Notes under the pieces: generated by a model | Seen by the model: only the letters and a program-made list of their open reading frames with translations | Told to the model about the DNA's origin: nothing | Database searches by the model: none | Assembly (NCBI GenBank): GCA_049724395.1 | Contig: JAUGWO010000152.1 | Coordinates: 1 to 64,000 of the forward strand | Reading direction: 5' to 3' | Length of the DNA: 64,000 nucleotides | DNA from: Spongospora subterranea f. sp. subterranea | Lineage: Eukaryota | Position numbers and translations under genes: made by a program | Shown here: positions 1 through 13,574 of the stretch, piece by piece | How the letters are laid out: each line of letters begins with the position of its first letter | Numbering within the stretch: position 1 is the stretch's first letter

Positions 1-3000
1 GCATCACGGTTTGAACTCGTGCTCGGGTTCCAATCCTAAGACGTACTAATTAGCAAACCGAATCACAAGTTGGACTTGGTGGGAGTTTTTGTTATCGGGC
101 ACGAGATTCTCGAGAAAGTCGTTGGACGGCAAAATTGCCGAATCCATCGGAACTCGATTGAGATCGATAAGGTAATCGTGGTTCTCTCGCTCTTGGCTCA
201 ACTGTTGAGAATCGAAACCGATCTGAGAAGCGTCAAATTTCAAACCCGGGCTCGAGTGCCATTCCTAAAAACGCACTTAACACGCCAAATCTCTATATGA
301 AGATGAACTGAACGGCTACTTTTATCGAAGAACTTTCCCAAAACTGGTCGACCCCATGTATATTGGAAACAATCCAACGACATGGAATGTGCCTTGCGGC
401 CAATGTGACACCAATGTCGAATATTCGAATACTGGAAAGTGTGAATCGTGGGTCCATACCGATAAGCTCGAGGAGGCGATTCTTGTGCCGACTATGGCAT
501 GAGCTTTACCAAGGGGTTCGTCTCATCAAGGAGCTTCGCCCACTCCTCGTGGGTCTCATCCACGAGCAGGAATACCACTCCTGAGACGTCACACATGGTG
601 TCCTGCAAGGACACATGATCTGCAGAATTTCTGAAGTAACTTTTTGAAGCGACATTCCGTAATCCATACCGAAAAAGTCGAGTAGGCCATTCTTGTGGCG
701 GCATTGGCCTGATCTGAGCCAAGCGGTTCGTCTCAACCATAACCAGGTTCGGTTGTCACAGATCGAGTCGGTCCGGTGGCCACAAGCAGCAATCCCAACA
801 AGTTAAGGACACTCATTGGAAGAATGGCGCAACATTATCGCGGTTAGCCAAACGGGCAAGGATGAGTTCAGAGTCAAAGATGAGGGAGGAACGGTTCTAG
901 GGATAATGCACCAGGGTTCCCCCATTCACCTCTCCAATCAATTCAACTTTCCTGTTGTGGTTTTAGAACTAACTGTTTTCATATGTGGTTGCAATTCGTG
1001 ATGGTTTCAATGGCCCTGGCAGGATCTCGCCACATCACCTAATTCTTCGTCTAAAACACGTATATGAACGGATTAAAGAACTAAATCACCAATCTGGATC
1101 GTTGCAATTGAAGTACGTCGCTAACCTCTTTCGTTCTGAACCATTACCAGGACGAACCTCTTAGACCTGGCGATGCAAGTTCGTGGAATTCGAAGCGTAT
1201 TTCTGGGGACATAGGGTCAGATAATACCTGAGGAAAGGCTCGGTGACCAAATCGCATTGAATGGCGATGACGACCCAGATTCATGAAATAGTGTCATATC
1301 TGCGAAGTCGTGTTATTGGAATCATACCTTAGCTGTTGCCATCCAGGTGAAATATGGCAACAGACTCCCTCGCCCGTTATCGTCATTTTGAATATTCGCT
1401 TCTATTGTGATTCTTGGCTGGATAGACCACTTCGAGGATCGTGGCTGTTAGGTTCTCGCCGAACGAAAAGAGGAAGACGAGTGAGGCAACCGCAATAGGC
1501 AACAGCATCTGTGTATAAGGAGTAATACGGAGTCGGATCCAAGTTTGGATTTGATTCTAATTGCCTACAGTCGCCGACTTTTCGCCTTGATGGCTTGTTT
1601 GCTGTTGGTGCTGCGTCGGCTTGGTCGAAATGGCGCGCTGGTGTTATTCTGCTGTGGACTTTCAGTTATCGAAATCAGTTCGTCGAGGTATTGAATTTAA
1701 TTCGGTCAGTTCAGCTTTAGATTTCTGTTTTCCAATTTCCCCCACTATTTTCTGATCAAGTTTTTGGGTGGTATTGCCTGGTCAGACTGGAAATAAAATT
1801 GCAGTTATCGAGTTCAGACTGAGTTTGCCATTCACTGTTCATTTTCAATTCTAACGATTTATCTTCCCCAGGTTCCCGCCAGTTTTCATCACCCCTTTTT
1901 TCATGCTTTGCTTGTCAGGTCATGTCACCAATCCGTGTTTGCGCCGCAAATTTTCAACTCTCTTTGAAACTTGAAATCCATTTGATTCGCTGTTTGTTTA
2001 TATTTTTTGAGCGCCACCATAATCCTTAACACTAAATTTTTAGTTCAACGCAATGAATGTTTTTTGCTCCCACATTGAATGTTTTTCAAATCTAACGAAA
2101 TATATATTCCCTATGTAGTCCTCAGTTTTCATCTACTGCCTCCGTCATCCTTTAAATGGCGGATCAGGTTACCAATCAATTTTGGTTCTGGGATCGAATG
2201 CTGTTCAATTTCATTTTTGTCACATTGTACGTTGACCACCCGAGGATACTTATCGTGATCATTATCATATACTCAAAATCAGTCCATAAATTCTTTCTCG
2301 GTTGGAATTCCAAACAAAATTCTTCTGTCGGATGTCTGTTTACCAGCAATGAAACCTCCCCCGAAAAGGTAGGTAATCTCTATTTCAGTTATCGTCGTCT
2401 GTTGAAAAACATTTAACTATAGTAAACGTTGGTTTTTGATTTCAACTATCAAGTTTCATGTTTGGTATGCTAATGTTTAGCGGTTTCAACGATTTGGTAA
2501 ATTGCTGTGTCAAATCCATCAACCTTCCATTTTCTTTCTTATATTGAAAAATCGCTTGATATATGAACCCGATTGTCAGGCCTTGCAGCGCAAGCAACAT
2601 GATGTTGGCACGCCTCCGAAATTACAGCATCTTAGTTGTACCCCCTTGAATGCTGAAGGTGGTCAGTATCTCTGGCTACTTGCGCCAGCCAAATCTACAA
2701 CTCTGAGATGGATTGGAAAGAATCAGTCATCAAGAAACTCGAGCAAGGTCAAGTCACCAGTTCAAACCGCAGACAATGTTGATTGGGATTATGAAATTTT
2801 CAACGTATGTCGTGAAGCCGCCACCTTGGATGGAGAAATATGGGGCTGTGCTCAGGCTAAAGCCAATAAACAAGGGCCGATGGTGCTCAAATTCGATTTG
2901 TGTCACATTGGACGTTGATCGCCTGAACATACCACCGATTTTGATTTTGTTGTTCTCTCAGATGGAGACCCTGTTTATCGTGATGATGATAGACCACTTC

Positions 3001-3560
3001 GAGGATCGTGGCTCACCAAAAACAAACGACACTATCTTTTTTATCATGATAAAAAACCCCGATTTTCAATTTTTGACCAAAAACAAAATCATTTTGACGC
3101 TCTCAGAGCGTTTAACGCTTTCGGTTGCGTTTGTTGACATGTCTGTTTTTAGAGGCGAATCCAAATTTTGCCAGTGCCCACGCAGAATTTCACCTGGCCG
3201 TCCAAGTTAGGATTTCTGCGCGTTATCGCGAAGGATTTCTTCGCGTTATCGGGAAGGCTTTGAATGTGAGTCCATACCGGCGACGACCGTTCGCCTTCGT
3301 GGCGTCATAGTTGTTGGTGCTGCATTGGCCTAATCGAAATGGCGCGCCGGTGCTGAATCCTCGTTGTACCTTTAGTTATTGAAATGGGTTCGTCGACGTA
3401 TTAATATCATTGGTTCTGTTCAGCTTTTGATTTGTGTTCGCCAGTTCCCCAACTTTTCTCTCATCCAGTGTGGGCTACTGTCTGCTTAAACTCGAAGATT
3501 AAATTGCAGTAACTGAGTTCGGACTGAGTAGTCACGCGCTGGCCTTCGTATTTGTGGAAG
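1..3560. mobile_element. Heavily degenerate Ty3/Gypsy (possibly chromovirus-like) pol and LTR-like fragments on both strands
   Basis: Weak motif remnants: integrase Zn-binding-like 'FLILKNRLIYEPDCQALQRKQHD' (~2530-2605,+); integrase C-terminal-like 'VLLESY...QQTPSPVIV' (~1310-1390,+); integrase-core-like text at 490-960 (-). Diverged direct repeats 1420-1445/2989-3013 and ~1603-1830/~3311-3530. Confidence 0.4.
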
Positions 3561-3859
3561 GTCTGGTTTTCAGTGGCTTGGACATGTAAGAGACGAAGAA
3601 GAGCTCCTCGGAGTGGGACTCTTCATCCTGTCTGCCGTTGAAGAACTAGGAAAACAGGAGACATCATTTGGGGATTCGGTTCGATTTTTTCGACAGCAGA
3701 AGCTGTTTTACAGGTATGGAATTTGTTTGGCCAGGATTGGTCAAGTTTTTTGCAAACTCCACACCCTTCTCTGAAATAAAACAATCAAGGCCCACAATTA
3801 GCAACCTGACGTCAGTCTGAAGCCTAATCAATCGATCCAAATCCATGACATGATCACAA

Positions 3860-4560
3860 TTATTGTGGTTTTACCATGGGCACCGGTCGTTGTGAGCCTG
3901 GACGGGGACGGAACAGCTTAGATGGTTGACGCGGTAAGAAAGGATGAGGAGGACGGGAATATGATTGGGGCTGGGGTAATGGGGTCATAGTTCGTCCGGC
4001 CTGTCGTTGACCCAGGCGCTGATCAAGCCGCAAAGCGTCGGTGATTAATTGGACGAGCGATGTCGCAGTAGGTACGGTCAGCAAGAGGTCCTGTATCTCG
4101 TCGTTTTGGCCACGACGGAACACATGTTGAGCTGCCAGCTCATCCCAGCCGGCGTCGGCAACCAGTTGTTGGACATGGAAGCGTAAGCAGCTACTGTTCG
4201 TCGCCCTTGTTTTATCATGGATAACATATCCGCCGCCGAGGTCGCCCGGTTTGGATCGTCAAAACGTTGACGAAATAGATAGAGGAATTGTTGGAAATTG
4301 TTGAAGAGGGCTGGGTCTTGGTTCTCGAAATATGGATTGAAATCATTCCCTGGCTAGTCCTGTTAGTAAACTACCGATTAGTAAGATTCTGGACGTGTAG
4401 TGAGCGTAACAGGTTGCTGCTGGATCACCAGTCGGATCTGATTTATGAAACCTCTGACCGATGTTGGATCGCCATTGAATGGTTCGGGCAGATGCGCCTT
4501 CGGTTCCCTGTGATTGTACTGTGGTTGTGCGGCCCTCCTACGCGTGAAGTTGCTCCTGCA
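3860..4560 (-). mobile_element. Ty3/Gypsy gag remnant (frameshifted)
   Basis: Minus-strand translation gives 'EPKAHLPEPFNGDPTSVRGFINQIRLVIQQQP', 'IKQGRRTVAAYASM..QQLVADAGWDELAAQHVFRRG.NDEIQDLLL' and 'PVPM', typical retrotransposon-gag motifs. Confidence 0.8.
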
Positions 4561-5094
4561 TACTTTGAATCGTTTGTTGCAGTTGTAATATCGAATCTCG
4601 GTCGTTCAGCTGTCTGGGCCAAGCAAAGCTGGGTGGTCGGGGCTTGGGTCGATAAGCATGTCGACGAAGGTCTTGTACGTAAACCTAGGCAAAAGAGAGG
4701 AGCACATTGACGACCGCATTCAAAGGATGGGAATATCCGGAAAAGGTGACAGGTTACGATGTTTCAGCACGGGTTGGAGGGACATCATCCCATTTCCATA
4801 ACGGTGCCCTAGGCTGGCTGCAGTACAGGAGATTTCACTATCGCCGACTCCACCTTCAACATTTCTGCTTACAATCTTGTGTTGATAAAATTCACAAACG
4901 TAACAGAGGCGTTGATTGCCTGGGCAAGAGCACCATATCTGCAAAAACCAAACATATCATCGTCGGAAACTGCTGCAAATATCGGAGAACGCCTGCAGTT
5001 GTTTGTAGCCTTGCTCCGCCGTCTTCGACTTTGATGTGGACCGAAGGGTGCGTACTACAGTGTTTCGAAAGGCCTCAACATAAAGCACAAACTT

Positions 5095-6803
5095 GCGGAC
5101 AGACTGGATTCTGTCCGCCAGTCCCCTATGTGACGAGACTGGCGGATGGAAAGGATTCTGTCCGCCAGTAGGGTGCACTGTAGCAAGGTTGCGCACAGTT
5201 GTTCCACTATGTTCCAGAACAATAGTCCATTGATACAGCGCGTTCTGGCGGAGGTATCGCAGCTCAGACGGGAATATCATTGACTTCATGGCGGTAAATG
5301 CGATGCAGTTACACAATAAATGTAAATAATTGGCCCTGACACTGCACCTTCCGCATTAAGAAAAACGATTTGCACAGAGAAATTGAATGTTTAATCTGTA
5401 AAATGTATTTATTCATTGTGTAACAATGCATTCGCAGCCATGAAGACAATAATGTCCTCGTCAGAATTGCGATCTGCTTTGGTTCGTGGAACCTCCGCCA
5501 ACAAAGCGCTGTATCAGTGGAATATTGTTCGATTCTGAGCAGGTGTCATCGGACGAACAGTCTGCGACGACTTCCACAATGTGTGCGGTCTTAATTAATT
5601 GCTGCACCGGTTTTACCCAAAAAGGACACCGGCCACCTGAACGGTGATCCTTGGCGGTCAATCCGTGCTCTTTACAGGTTTTGCAGTGTCTTGCCTTCTT
5701 GGTTGAATGCCTAGTTTGTAGAGCTGACCGATTTACGAGTTCGTCGTTCGATCGCCGCCCGCGCTTCTTGACACGTTTGGCAATCGGCGCTCGAATACTG
5801 GCAAAACCAGACGGCACCGCTTCGATAGATGATTCGACTGGCACTGGTTCTTTCGAGTCGATACATAGAGCGTTGAAGGCCATAATTGTCCGTTTGAATG
5901 CAGCGACACTGGTCTGCCCGAATTGAACGATTTCCTTGGCGGCTTGCATTAAATGGCGGTAATGGAAGTTCACCTCGGGCACTGTGATTTGGGCATATGC
6001 GTCATCGTTGACAGACGGCACAACTGCCGACGTGCCTACATTGAAGATGGCGTTAGTCAGAGGCGATATGTTCGGGTTGACGCGGCAGTATGCAATTTGC
6101 CATTACGGGTGTTGATCAAGACGCCATCGGGGAGTCAGATACTTTACATCCATGGGATCGACGTTCATCGCAGAGCATACGGCAGCAATGTGTCGACATG
6201 GGATTCGACAACACGCAAAGTCAGGACACGAACATAAGGGGATGACATCCATCGTCTTGATTAGGACACGGTGAGCGGTGGCCACATTGTCGGCAGAAGA
6301 TACAGTGGAAACAACGTCCCATACACCTTCGTGTTCATCAATTGGAGTGCTGCAGTAGCGGAATTGCTGACCCCATAATTCAATGAAAAACGAGTTTTCG
6401 TGTCAAACTCGATCATGGTGCCGTTTTCCCTTGTCGTCTCTTGAAAAGGTTTTGTAAACGCAGACCAGTTACCGGTAAAGGGTGCAATTGCCAGAACGGC
6501 GTTTAAGGGTTCCGTAAGATGCGGCGCGTTTGCGGAACAAGGGGTATCAGGGATCGGCTGCACAATCGACGCCTGTTCTGCGTCATGTGCGGGTGGAGCT
6601 TCTGGGACACAGCTGCGTCATAGACTGGTAAAGTCTCCGGGACAATCGGCAGTTTGGGACGAGATTCCGCAAGAATCCGAACATTTTATTTTTAAAGTTG
6701 ATTTAACTGCGTCGTCTCGTGAGTGACCAACTGACCAAACAGGAGCGCAACCTGACAACTAGTACAGTGCACCCTACTGGCGGACAGAATCCAGTCTGTC
6801 CGC
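5095..6803 (-). mobile_element. MULE/Mutator-like element remnant (transposase 3' part at about 5461-6560) bracketed by inverted repeats
   Basis: SWIM zinc finger 'CSCPDFACCRIPCRHIAAV' and C-terminal Zn-knuckle-like 'HCKTCKEHG..DHRSGGRCP'. Inverted repeats at 5095-5195 and 6745-6803 (GCGGACAGACTGGATTCTGTCCGCCAGT..AGGGTGCACTGTA). Confidence 0.75.
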
Positions 6804-8157
6804 CGGCGGACAGCAAGATTCCCGAACTCTGCGTGCATCATTTTTAGGTGGAAAATGGAATGGTGACGTGGGCGCAGCCTCTTTTCCCAACGCCGTCAGT
6901 ATTTCGATGTCCGCTTCCGGCCGGCGAAGAAAAATGGCACCTCATGATCGTCAAACGACGCCACACTCATTTTTTGTTGAATTGAGCGCTGTTTCACCCT
7001 AACAACCTCCTCTGGGCAATCAGGATCTCCTAAAATATCAACATTAATTAAACAGCCAAAACAGCATTGGATGCAACCGGTTGGTTTTTAAGATTGACGC
7101 AAACTGTTGAAATTACGGCGCAAAAGACTCAATGTCTCGCGACTCGAAACTGTTATGGAGGCGTGTGTTGTAACCAGACTAAAGGTCTTCCCATTGTAAT
7201 GCTTTGGCAGGAAGAAACTCTTCAACCAGAGTGAGCAAGCATATGACAAATTCATCGAAGGCCACAATTCCAGTTGTTGGTCATCCTCTTCATCGAGGTT
7301 GCTTTCCAGCTTCTTGATCAATTTCAATATCACGTGATGAGGACCGATGAAGACTTCATCATGATACTTTCTTCGAGGATTTTTTGAAAATTCGTAGGGG
7401 TACCCCTCAATGAATACAACCTCTTGTTGGACTAAGCAATTCACCGCATTGAGGATGTGAAAGGGCACAAAGTGAAAAAAAATAGGCGGAGCAGTAGGCC
7501 AATCAATATACCGTTCTTGAGTCAGTTGAATGACTTCTGTCAAATCACCATGTCACTAATTAAAATCTTTTATCAAAACAGACCCGCATTTACCTTCGTC
7601 ATCATCTGCTTTACGATAATAATTTCCCCAAACACAGGGATGCCTTGCCGGTCTCATCTTAACGTTCAACTTATTTCATTCGATTAGATCAATGATCCCG
7701 TATTCCCCATCGTCGATGTCAATCGCTGCAAAATGTCAATGACTCAAGCGTTGAATGGACGAATGACCACTGACGTGGTTGAATTTCGTGTGAAACTGAA
7801 CGTTCATTGTTCTCAACAGGAAGATTAAGCACGGTGTAATCCTCTGAACGATGCCCAACAGAACATGTGGATGCGAGAACCACCGTTGTTATCTCTGCTG
7901 TCTAAAAGTCGGTTGTTCCAGCAATTACAGGAAGAGTCGGCTCATCAAACAGCGGGGTAAAAACATCGCGATCGTGATAGGCTTCAACAGGTTGCTGATA
8001 ATCTTGATTTTGCTCCTCAAGCGCATTATCAAACAGGCAATTGACTGGATAGATGGCGTTGACGGCAGACTGATTTCCGGTACCTAGACATAAAAAATCA
8101 AGCGAGAAGGCAATGTATAAATAATTTGAATTACTGATAAGATACGCTATATATGGT

Positions 8158-9668
8158 TCAGGGATCAGGTCCGACGACGCTATCACAGCAGGAGCGTGGT
8201 TGGGCGGTACGCTTTGTACCGATATCGCATTCATGTTGAAACCTCACAAAACTCTCAGCTTCATCTCGCAACTTGGGAACGAATACATTAAGGTTCGGAT
8301 GAGCAGTGGGAAAATAATTGTTGAAGCTGCTGTTGTAAGATTCTAAAGGATTATTCGCACGGTTTACAATTAGCTCTCCTCGACTGATTTGTCGGCTAAT
8401 GTTCCAGTCGTTGGGTTTGAACAAATTCACCCTAGTTTTGCGAAAATAATCAAAAAAACTTGATAATACAGATTGCTGCGTTTTGTGATATGAAGGCGAT
8501 GCTTGTAGGATCGATGCAATGAACCCAAAACCCTCATTACAGATTTGTGAATGTGGCACTACAGTTAAAACATCCAGGGCACCGGGTCGCATCATTGCGC
8601 CGATCAATTGATTGTCCAGACCCAAGTTAACTAGTTTTCTTTTATTAGCCTGTTTGAAATGAAACAGACAACCCGTTACTGAGGGCAACCCAGGAAATGC
8701 ACCTGTAGTGATTTTTCAATCTTAAGCCTAGACATGATGGCACATGTGGACACAACCTTTGATTGCGTTTACTAACGCCATTTCGAAGTCGCAACACACG
8801 CTAGCAGGTGATATTGTGCCGACTCGTAGAATCATGACCCCAAGTGCAAAACTATAAAGGGGTTTGAATTTGCTAGTCATCAGTATATAGAAGGCTGGAA
8901 TATAGGAATCATAATCCGTATCTTTCACCATAATGATCAGTAACTGCGAAAACGGTTTCGGTACCATCCGATATGTTGCATCAATAAACAAAAGACTTCG
9001 CGACACCTTAGTAGTTTGTAAAGTGCTGGATGATCCCATCCACAGACTCTATGGAGTGTGGTTTTCTCCAAAAACGGGCTTGAGAACCCTAAAAATGAAT
9101 TGAGACGGTCAGTCGTCAGAGAAAGTTCAGGCTCCTCGATGGATCGAAAGTTGTCAGCAGAGCGCCCACCGGTCCTTGTAAATTGATTGGACTCTGTTGA
9201 TAACTGCAGACTTTGTCATAATTTGCACTTGATTATTTGGATAACTTGCTGAGATTAGCCTGTTGGATTCTGTCCAGATTTATTGAGCTGGTTTGGAGCG
9301 ATCCTCAACAGCGAGACGATCGACGATTTGCTTCATCTGTTGAGACCCACAACCATATAAGCCATCTGACGATATACATAAGCCACACTCATTACTTCGC
9401 CCCTTCCGTCTAAAAGCCCATCAACGGCCGCATATTCGCCCAGACTTTGGCACGTGTGAGGGATCAGCTCAACTGTAACGCCGGCAGCAGAAGTTTCTGC
9501 AGTGCCCCGACAAGAAGTCGGTCGTAATTTGCTTGCTCTATAATGTAAACAGCGATAATGAACGCTTCCATCTTCAAGTGAACGATGGAAAATGAAATTT
9601 CTCGAGTTGAAAAAAATGCCGTTGCTGTTCGGTGCTGGTGCTGGATTCATTTTTGGTACAGAAATCAT
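8158..9668 (-). mobile_element. MULE (MuDR-type) DDE transposase pseudogene
   Basis: 'LFIDATYRMVPKPFSQL', 'VCCDFEMALVNAIK', 'GCLFHFKQA', 'RANNPLESYNSSFN..HPNL', and an N-terminal FLYWCH-like 'HYRC...CRG...HTC'. Broken by stops and frameshifts; the 5' end abuts a Copia fragment. Confidence 0.88.
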
Positions 9669-9920
9669 CTATTGTCCAACAACAGATATGATGGCGGACA
9701 TATTCACTAAACCAATCAGTGAACCTGCATTCAAAAGATTTAAATCATCCATTATGCAGATATAATAATACTGACAAAGGTTAAAAGCGAAGGGGAGTAT
9801 TAAGTTATGAACGCTTCTACCCCTGTACTACCGTACCAATATGATCCTACCAATTATAATACATTTCTTCCCAATATTCTGGTCAACAGCTCTGGTCTAT
9901 ATTACGAACACCATCTGTTA
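9669..9920 (+). mobile_element. Copia family B 3' end: RNase H tail, polypurine tract and 3' LTR (9798-9920)
   Basis: Translates 'YCPTTDMMADIFTKPISEPAFKRFKSSIMQI*'. PPT GAAGGGGAG at 9789-9797. The LTR matches 9926-10066 and 32422-32544. Confidence 0.85.
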
Positions 9921-9925
9921 GATTG

Positions 9926-11160
9926 TATTAAAATATGAACACTTCTACCCCTGTACTACCATACTTAATATGATCCTACCAATCGATCTATTGTTTACTC
10001 CTATAATACATTCTTCCTAATATTCTGGTCAACAGTTCTGGTCTATATTACGAACACCATCTGTTAGATTAAGAGTCCCAACTCCACCAAGTTGCGCGAT
10101 TAGAGCTCATTGACACAGAAAGGGGTAGTCCAGCGTAAAGCCAACGCAAGAGACACCACCACCATGACCCGCCACAGCAGAGACGAGGTCAACAACATCG
10201 CCGGCGGCAACAGCCAGCCACAGCGACGATGGGGGTCGACAAGATCGACAACAATTCACCCGTTAAGGAAGGAGGTGGACACCACCAATATAACGGCGGC
10301 CTAAATCTGATCCCAGAGTTTGACGGCACAAACTGGGACACTTTCAAACGGAAGGTTGAGACCCAACTCATCCGAATGGATATAGACTCGAATTTGCACC
10401 ACAAGCCTAACGCTGAATCTTCAACAGAGCGACGCAACGATCGCGCAGCGTTAGCCGCAGAGTACAACCAAGTCAAGGCAGCTGCGAGAGCATCACAGCT
10501 AGGGACAATTGCTTCAATGACAAGCCTCTTACTGTCTACAGAACGAGAGCGCGAGCATGGCAAGTTTGCAAAGATACCGAACGAGCCAGCGATTGACTTG
10601 AAGACAATGAAAGCCCAGCACAGGAGCAAAAGTTACTTGAGAGCCAAGCAGTATTGCAAGAAGTGCAAGACAACTTCTCACGACACAGACAAGTGTTGGG
10701 TGTTGAACCCACATCTCCGACCGAAGCCATGATGAATCTTCACCGAAAACGAACAAATCGCGCCGTGTTAAATTCAATGGATTCAGGATCTCGCGCGTCG
10801 TCACTGCAGTTACGTGCGACTACATCATTGACAGTGGCGCCAACGTTTCAGTCACAAATAATCAAAACATCTTGATTAATTATGAACCTCTTAAACAACC
10901 AGTTCAGATCCAAGCGTGCAATGGACAGGCCTTAAAGGCATATGGAAAGGGCATTTTGATCATCCAGACATCACCGCCAATCACCATCAAGGATGTACTC
11001 TACGCACCGAACATGACGAATACGTTAATATCAGCGCATTCAATCACTCAACAAGGCTATAGAATCGTCATCGAAAACGACATGCACATTGAAAGCAAAG
11101 AAGGAAAAACGATCCTCACCGCAAAGATGCATGATGGCCTATATTACGTTGCCCCCACCT
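9926..11160 (+). mobile_element. Copia family B 5' part: LTR (9926-10066), PBS (10067-10080), internally deleted gag and protease
   Basis: PBS GATTAAGAGTCCCA; gag 'GLNLIPEFDGTNWDTFKRKVETQLIRM'; Zn knuckle 'CKKCKTTSHDTDKC'; protease 'YIIDSGAN'. Homologous to the ORF at 29067-32252. Confidence 0.9.
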
Positions 11161-11169
11161 GATTACATT

Positions 11170-13323
11170 GCCTATCCAGAGTTTCCGAGTTTACTGGAAG
11201 CAGCTCGCTCTCCCACATTCATTAGAGGCCACGTGGTCAGACCTTCGTGCTCAACATTCACTCTACTTTTCCGTATTACCAGATTGTTGTAAATGGTTGT
11301 CTTTCAGTGTCTTAAACAGGGTTGTTTGCCATGCACGGCCTGCTTGTTTAAGTCCATATAGGGCTTTGTTTTGAAAGCAAACTTCGTTCTCCGCCCCTGG
11401 CTGAACGAAGCCCTCTGGCTGGGTCATGTAAATGGGTTCCAGCAGTTGTGCGTTTAAATATGCGATTCGAAAGTCCCTGTGTGATAATGGCCATTTGCAT
11501 TTCGATGCAAGGCTCACGATGAATCGCAGAGATGTGTCAACAGCTTCGCTGACGACGTTAATGATCGCAAGTCCACAACTGGATGGTTACTGATGCTCGG
11601 ACAAGATATCATATCGTGGCGATCAACCAAGCAGAATTCTGTGGCGTTATCAACTACTGAATCAGAATATATGGCCTGTTGTGATGCAGCAAAGGAAGCT
11701 ATTTGGATGAAGAACTTATATCAAGAAATGATTGAGAAGACCTGTCAACCTGTGATTATATTTCAACATAATCAGAGCGCAATTTTCTTAGGAAAGAATA
11801 ATGTTACACAACGACGCACAAAACATATTGATATTCGATATCATTTTATTCGTGAACAAGTTAAAGAAACGACGATCGATCTTCAGTATTGTAGTACAGA
11901 TAAGATAACAACAGACGTCTTAACAAAGCCACTGGGACCAAACTCATATAAGAAACATCGAGACGAAATTATAGTAACGTTCGAATCTGAAGGGGCGTGT
12001 CAGATAGAGACGATCCAAACATACATAACGTACTGTTGATCCAACGATCTGCTACTCGTACGATCTTTCATTACTTCTCGAAGATAAACGCTTCTTGTGC
12101 TTAGTTTTATTTATACGCTACCTGTCGTTACAATCATTAGGACGAAAGACAAAGAAGCGTTTAGTTAGAAGTTATGGAAGATCGAAATTTGTTGTAGGTC
12201 AGGAAAACTGAAAACGGAAGTCCCCTGACACCGGTGATTGGAATTCCGCCCATTTCGATTACTGCGAGTAACAAAAAGGATCAACAGTACGCTAGGATCG
12301 TCTCTATCTGACACGCCCCTTCGATTCGAAGCTTACTACAACTTCGTCTCGATGTTGCTTGAACGAGTTTGATCCCAGTGGTTTAGTCAAGATGTCTGCT
12401 GTTATCTTATCTGTACTGCAATATCGAAGTTCGATCGTCTTTTCTTTAACTTGTTCACGAATAAAATGATATCGAATATCAATATGTTTTGTGCGTCGTT
12501 GTGTAACATTATTCATTCCTAAGAAAATTGCGCTCTGATTATGTTGAAATATAATCACAGGTTGACAGGTCTTCTCAATCATTTCTTGATATAAGTTCTT
12601 CATCCAAATAGCTTCCTTTGCTGCATCACAACAGGCCATATATTCTGATTCAGTAGTTGATAACGCCACAGAATTCTGCTTGGTTGATCGCCACGATATG
12701 ATATCTTGTCCGAGCATCAATAACCATCCAGTTGTGGACTTGCGATCATTAACGTCGTCAGCGAAGCTGTTGTCGGCATAACAGGCGATTGTCTCATCAG
12801 GCCTGCCGAACATTAGTCCATAATTGTCGTTCCCTTCAGGTACTTAACAATGCCGTTCGAAAGTCCCTGTGTGATACTGGCCATTTGCGTTTCGATGCAA
12901 GGGTCACGATGAACCGCAGAGATGTGTAATTTAAGACAAATGAGAAAGTGTCGTATAATCAAGGCCATACCGTTGGGTAAAGCCACTGGGACCAAACTCA
13001 TCTAAAAAACATCGAGACGAAGTTATTGTAACGTTCGAATCGAAGGGGCGTGTCAGATAGAGACGATCCAAACGTACTGTTGATCCTACGATCTGCTACT
13101 CGTACGATCTTTTCATAACTTCTTGAATAAACGCTTCTGGTTTCGACCATTTGTATTTGTGCAGGGGGGGATTTTAAGCAGGGTGTGCGACTTTTAATTC
13201 AACGACCGGTAGCTTATAGATTAGGACAAAGCACAAGAAGCGTTTGTTCAACAAGTTATGAAAAGATCGTACGAGTAGCAGATCGTAGGATCAACAGTAC
13301 GTTTGGATCGTCTTTATCTGACA
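11170..13323. mobile_element. Rearranged Copia RT/RNase H/LTR fragments in both orientations (family C LTR starts TGTCAGATA)
   Basis: RT 'AYLNAQLLEPIYMTQPEGF..KALYGLKQAGRAW' (-,11263-11517). RNase H 'STTESEY...RTKHIDIRYHF' on + (11593-12039) and - (12304-12813). PPT GAAGGGGCG before LTR starts at 11998(+), 12312(-) and 13051(+); LTR copy 13221-13323(-). Confidence 0.9.
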
Positions 13324-13574
13324 TTGATTGCATTAACGCAGATCCGCTATAGATTCGTTGACAGGCATGACTCGACATGGTGCTACATATCATCAACTCC
13401 ATGCACCAAATGAGGGGCGAGCGCCCAATACGACTAACTCCCTCCTGCATGGTTCCAATGGATCAGTGAATTGTGTCGAACTGAAAGGTACCACTCAACG
13501 ACCTGAGAACAAGGAAACCCCTTAATTGTCAAGAAGAGACCTGATCAACCGAAAGGGGCAACAAACGTGGATAA

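Noticed and set aside
7088..7800. 151-aa ORF as a host gene or integrase/chromodomain remnant
   Set aside because: Only faint resemblance ('FIGPHHV', 'DDGEYGI'); I cannot support a call.
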